Part shown: one piece after another, positions 14,912-16,746 of the stretch
Layout: each line of letters opens with the position of its first letter
Numbering within the stretch: position 1 is the first letter of the stretch
Position numbers and translations under genes: made by a program
The notes under the pieces: generated by a model
Told to the model about the DNA's origin: nothing
Database searches by the model: none
Seen by the model: only the letters and a program-made list of their open reading frames with translations
From: Armatimonadota bacterium
GTDB taxonomy: Bacteria > Armatimonadota > Armatimonadia > Armatimonadales > Armatimonadaceae
Assembly: GCA_043754515.1 (NCBI GenBank)
Contig: JAYUUO010000048.1
Span: 1 to 16,746 of the forward strand
Length of the DNA: 16,746 nt
Reading direction: 5' to 3'

Positions 14912-16342
14912 ATGATTGCAAGCAAGAAAATCGCGTTCGGTACCGACGGCTGGCGCGCCGTGATGGCGCGGGAGTTCACTTTCGACAACGTCGCGCTGGT
15001 CGCGCAGGCGATAGCGGATCATGTGGTCGCCACTGGCAAAGCGTCCCAGGGCGTCATAATCGGTTATGACGCCCGCTTCCTCGCCGAACAGTTCGCCGCG
15101 CTCGTCGCCGACGTCTTGGGCGCGAACGGCATTCCGACCTTCGTTCCGAACCGCGACACGCCGACGCCCGTGATCGCGTTCACGATCCGGGCGAAGAACC
15201 TCGCGGGCGCGGTGATGCTCACGGCGTCGCACAACCCCCCGGAATATAACGGAATCAAGTTCATCCCGGATTACGCGCACCCGGCTCTGCCCGACGTCAC
15301 CGACGCCATCACGAAGCGGATCGCCGAGCTACAGGAGGCACCGGATCAGGTGAAGACTGGCGGTCCCGCGCCGACCGTGATTGACCCGAAGCCCGACTAC
15401 GTCGCCCATGTCACGAAACTGATAGATATGAAGGCCATCGGAGACGCCAAACTCACTATCTGCATTGACCCGCTGTACGCCTCGGGGCGCGGCTACCTGT
15501 CCGATATGTTGCGCGACGCTGGTTGCACCGTGTACACGATCCACGACGAGCGTAACCCGCTCTTCGGCGGCTCGCTCCCGGAGCCGAACGCGACCAACCT
15601 GAAGGAGTTGTCCGCGCTAGTGATCGAGAAAGGCGCGGATCTGGGCCTTTCGATGGACGGCGACGCCGACCGCTTCGGCATGGTGGACAAGACCGGGCAG
15701 TATATCACGTCGAACCAGGTACTCGCGCTGGCGGTCTGGCACTGGGCGAAGACGCGCTACCCGACCGGGTCCGTGGTGCGCACCGTGCCGACGTCTTACA
15801 TGATTGACGCGCTGGCGAAACACCTCGGCCTGTCCGTGATCGAAACGCCGGTCGGCTTCAAGTGGGTCGGGAACGCGTTGAACACGACCGACGCGATCGT
15901 AGGCGGCGAGGAGTCGGGCGGTCTGTCGGTCAAAGGACACATCCCGGAAAAGGACGGCATCGTCGCGGATCTGGTCATCACCGAGTTGGTTGCGAAGTCC
16001 GGCAAGTCGCCGCTGGAGATCCTCGCCGAAATCGAGGGCATCATCGGCAAGTTCGTCGCCACCCGGATTGACATGCGCCTGCCCGACGAGTCGAAGATGG
16101 CGTTGATGGCGGGTTTGCGGCAGAACACGCCGCGCACCCTCGCCGGGAAGCCGGTTGTGGAGTCGTCGCTGATGGACGGCGTGAAGATGATCCGCGAGGA
16201 CGGCTCGTGGCTCCTCGTGCGCCCGTCCGGTACCGAGCCGCTGGTGCGCTGCTACATCGAGGCGCGGTCCGACGAGGGCGTCGCCGAACTGAAGCAGGCG
16301 GTTCACGAATTGATCCCGGACGGTGAAGACGCGACGCATTAG
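14912..16342 (+). CDS. Phosphoglucomutase/phosphomannomutase (alpha-D-phosphohexomutase)
   Basis: FGTDGWR, TASHNP (catalytic Ser), DGDADRF (metal binding), VGFK, GEESGG (sugar binding) and RPSGTEP (phosphate binding). Confidence 0.95.
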   Translation: MIASKKIAFGTDGWRAVMAREFTFDNVALVAQAIADHVVATGKASQGVIIGYDARFLAEQFAALVADVLGANGIPTFVPNRDTPTPVIAFTIRAKNLAGAVMLTASHNPPEYNGIKFIPDYAHPALPDVTDAITKRIAELQEAPDQVKTGGPAPTVIDPKPDYVAHVTKLIDMKAIGDAKLTICIDPLYASGRGYLSDMLRDAGCTVYTIHDERNPLFGGSLPEPNATNLKELSALVIEKGADLGLSMDGDADRFGMVDKTGQYITSNQVLALAVWHWAKTRYPTGSVVRTVPTSYMIDALAKHLGLSVIETPVGFKWVGNALNTTDAIVGGEESGGLSVKGHIPEKDGIVADLVITELVAKSGKSPLEILAEIEGIIGKFVATRIDMRLPDESKMALMAGLRQNTPRTLAGKPVVESSLMDGVKMIREDGSWLLVRPSGTEPLVRCYIEARSDEGVAELKQAVHELIPDGEDATH

Positions 16343-16447
16343 GCGGATCGAGTCAGTTAAGGCGCGGTCGGTACGTACTTTCCGCCCGCGCCTTGATGAA
16401 GGAGCCACTGCATCCGGTGTCGCCCCGTTAAAAGGTGAACGGTCGCG

Positions 16448-16746
16448 TTACGCAGCGGCACTCGACTTTCGGCGGATCGAAACCGCTCCAAGAGCGAGAA
16501 CGCCCGCGAGGGAGATCAGCAGACCGGCACCCGCTTCCGGCACGACAGTCGCCCCCAAATACGACAGTCGCCCGTTCGTGCCGTTCGCGGTAAACGCCCA
16601 TCCCTGCGGCACGGTGACCGTGTTCGCCCCCGTCACGCCACCCGTGGCGGTGACGATATTGAAGAAATCGTTCACGCTCGGGGTGTAGCCGTTGAGCAGA
16701 TTCAAGGCGAATGTGCCGCCCGTGAACGTTGCCGAACCCGACCCGA
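16448..16746 (-). CDS. C-terminus of a PEP-CTERM (exosortase-sorted) surface protein, 5' end outside the window
   Basis: The frame is open to the window edge (GSGSATFTGGTFALNLLNGYTP...). It ends in VPEAG, a hydrophobic helix and basic RRK, then TAA. Confidence 0.85.
   Translation of the reverse strand, partial: GSGSATFTGGTFALNLLNGYTPSVNDFFNIVTATGGVTGANTVTVPQGWAFTANGTNGRLSYLGATVVPEAGAGLLISLAGVLALGAVSIRRKSSAAA

Noticed and set aside
4086..16688. Long antisense or overlapping ORFs (e.g. 4344-5084, 8874-9491, 10900-11565, 13650-14012, 15617-16408, 16323-16688)
   Set aside because: They are Arg/Pro/Ala-rich shadow frames of well-supported genes, as expected in high-GC DNA, and carry no recognisable motifs.

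Overview
GC-rich bacterial DNA. A prepilin/DUF1559 gene, a PEP-CTERM protein and a LolA-like protein together suggest Armatimonadota or a similar diderm lineage (inference). The left ~6.4 kb is accessory: an FMN reductase, secreted hypotheticals, a pentapeptide-repeat protein and a prepilin-type gene preceded by a perfect LacI-type palindrome. Three of these genes appear to carry lesions: two frameshifts and one in-frame amber stop. A minus-strand run at 13552->6484 encodes aroB, an NDP-sugar nucleotidyltransferase, an HddA-like GHMP kinase, a small membrane protein, a TIGR04282-type transferase, a small Cyc2-like monoheme cytochrome c with a Lys-rich tail, a LolA-like protein and a GT39/ArnT-type glycosyltransferase. 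Between aroB and a phosphohexomutase gene lies a MenA1/MenT1-like antitoxin/nucleotidyltransferase pair bracketed by a 42-bp direct repeat (39/42 identical) that resembles a duplicated sigma-H-type promoter. The window ends in the C-terminus of a PEP-CTERM protein. No RNA genes, CRISPR arrays, transposases or integrases were recognised.
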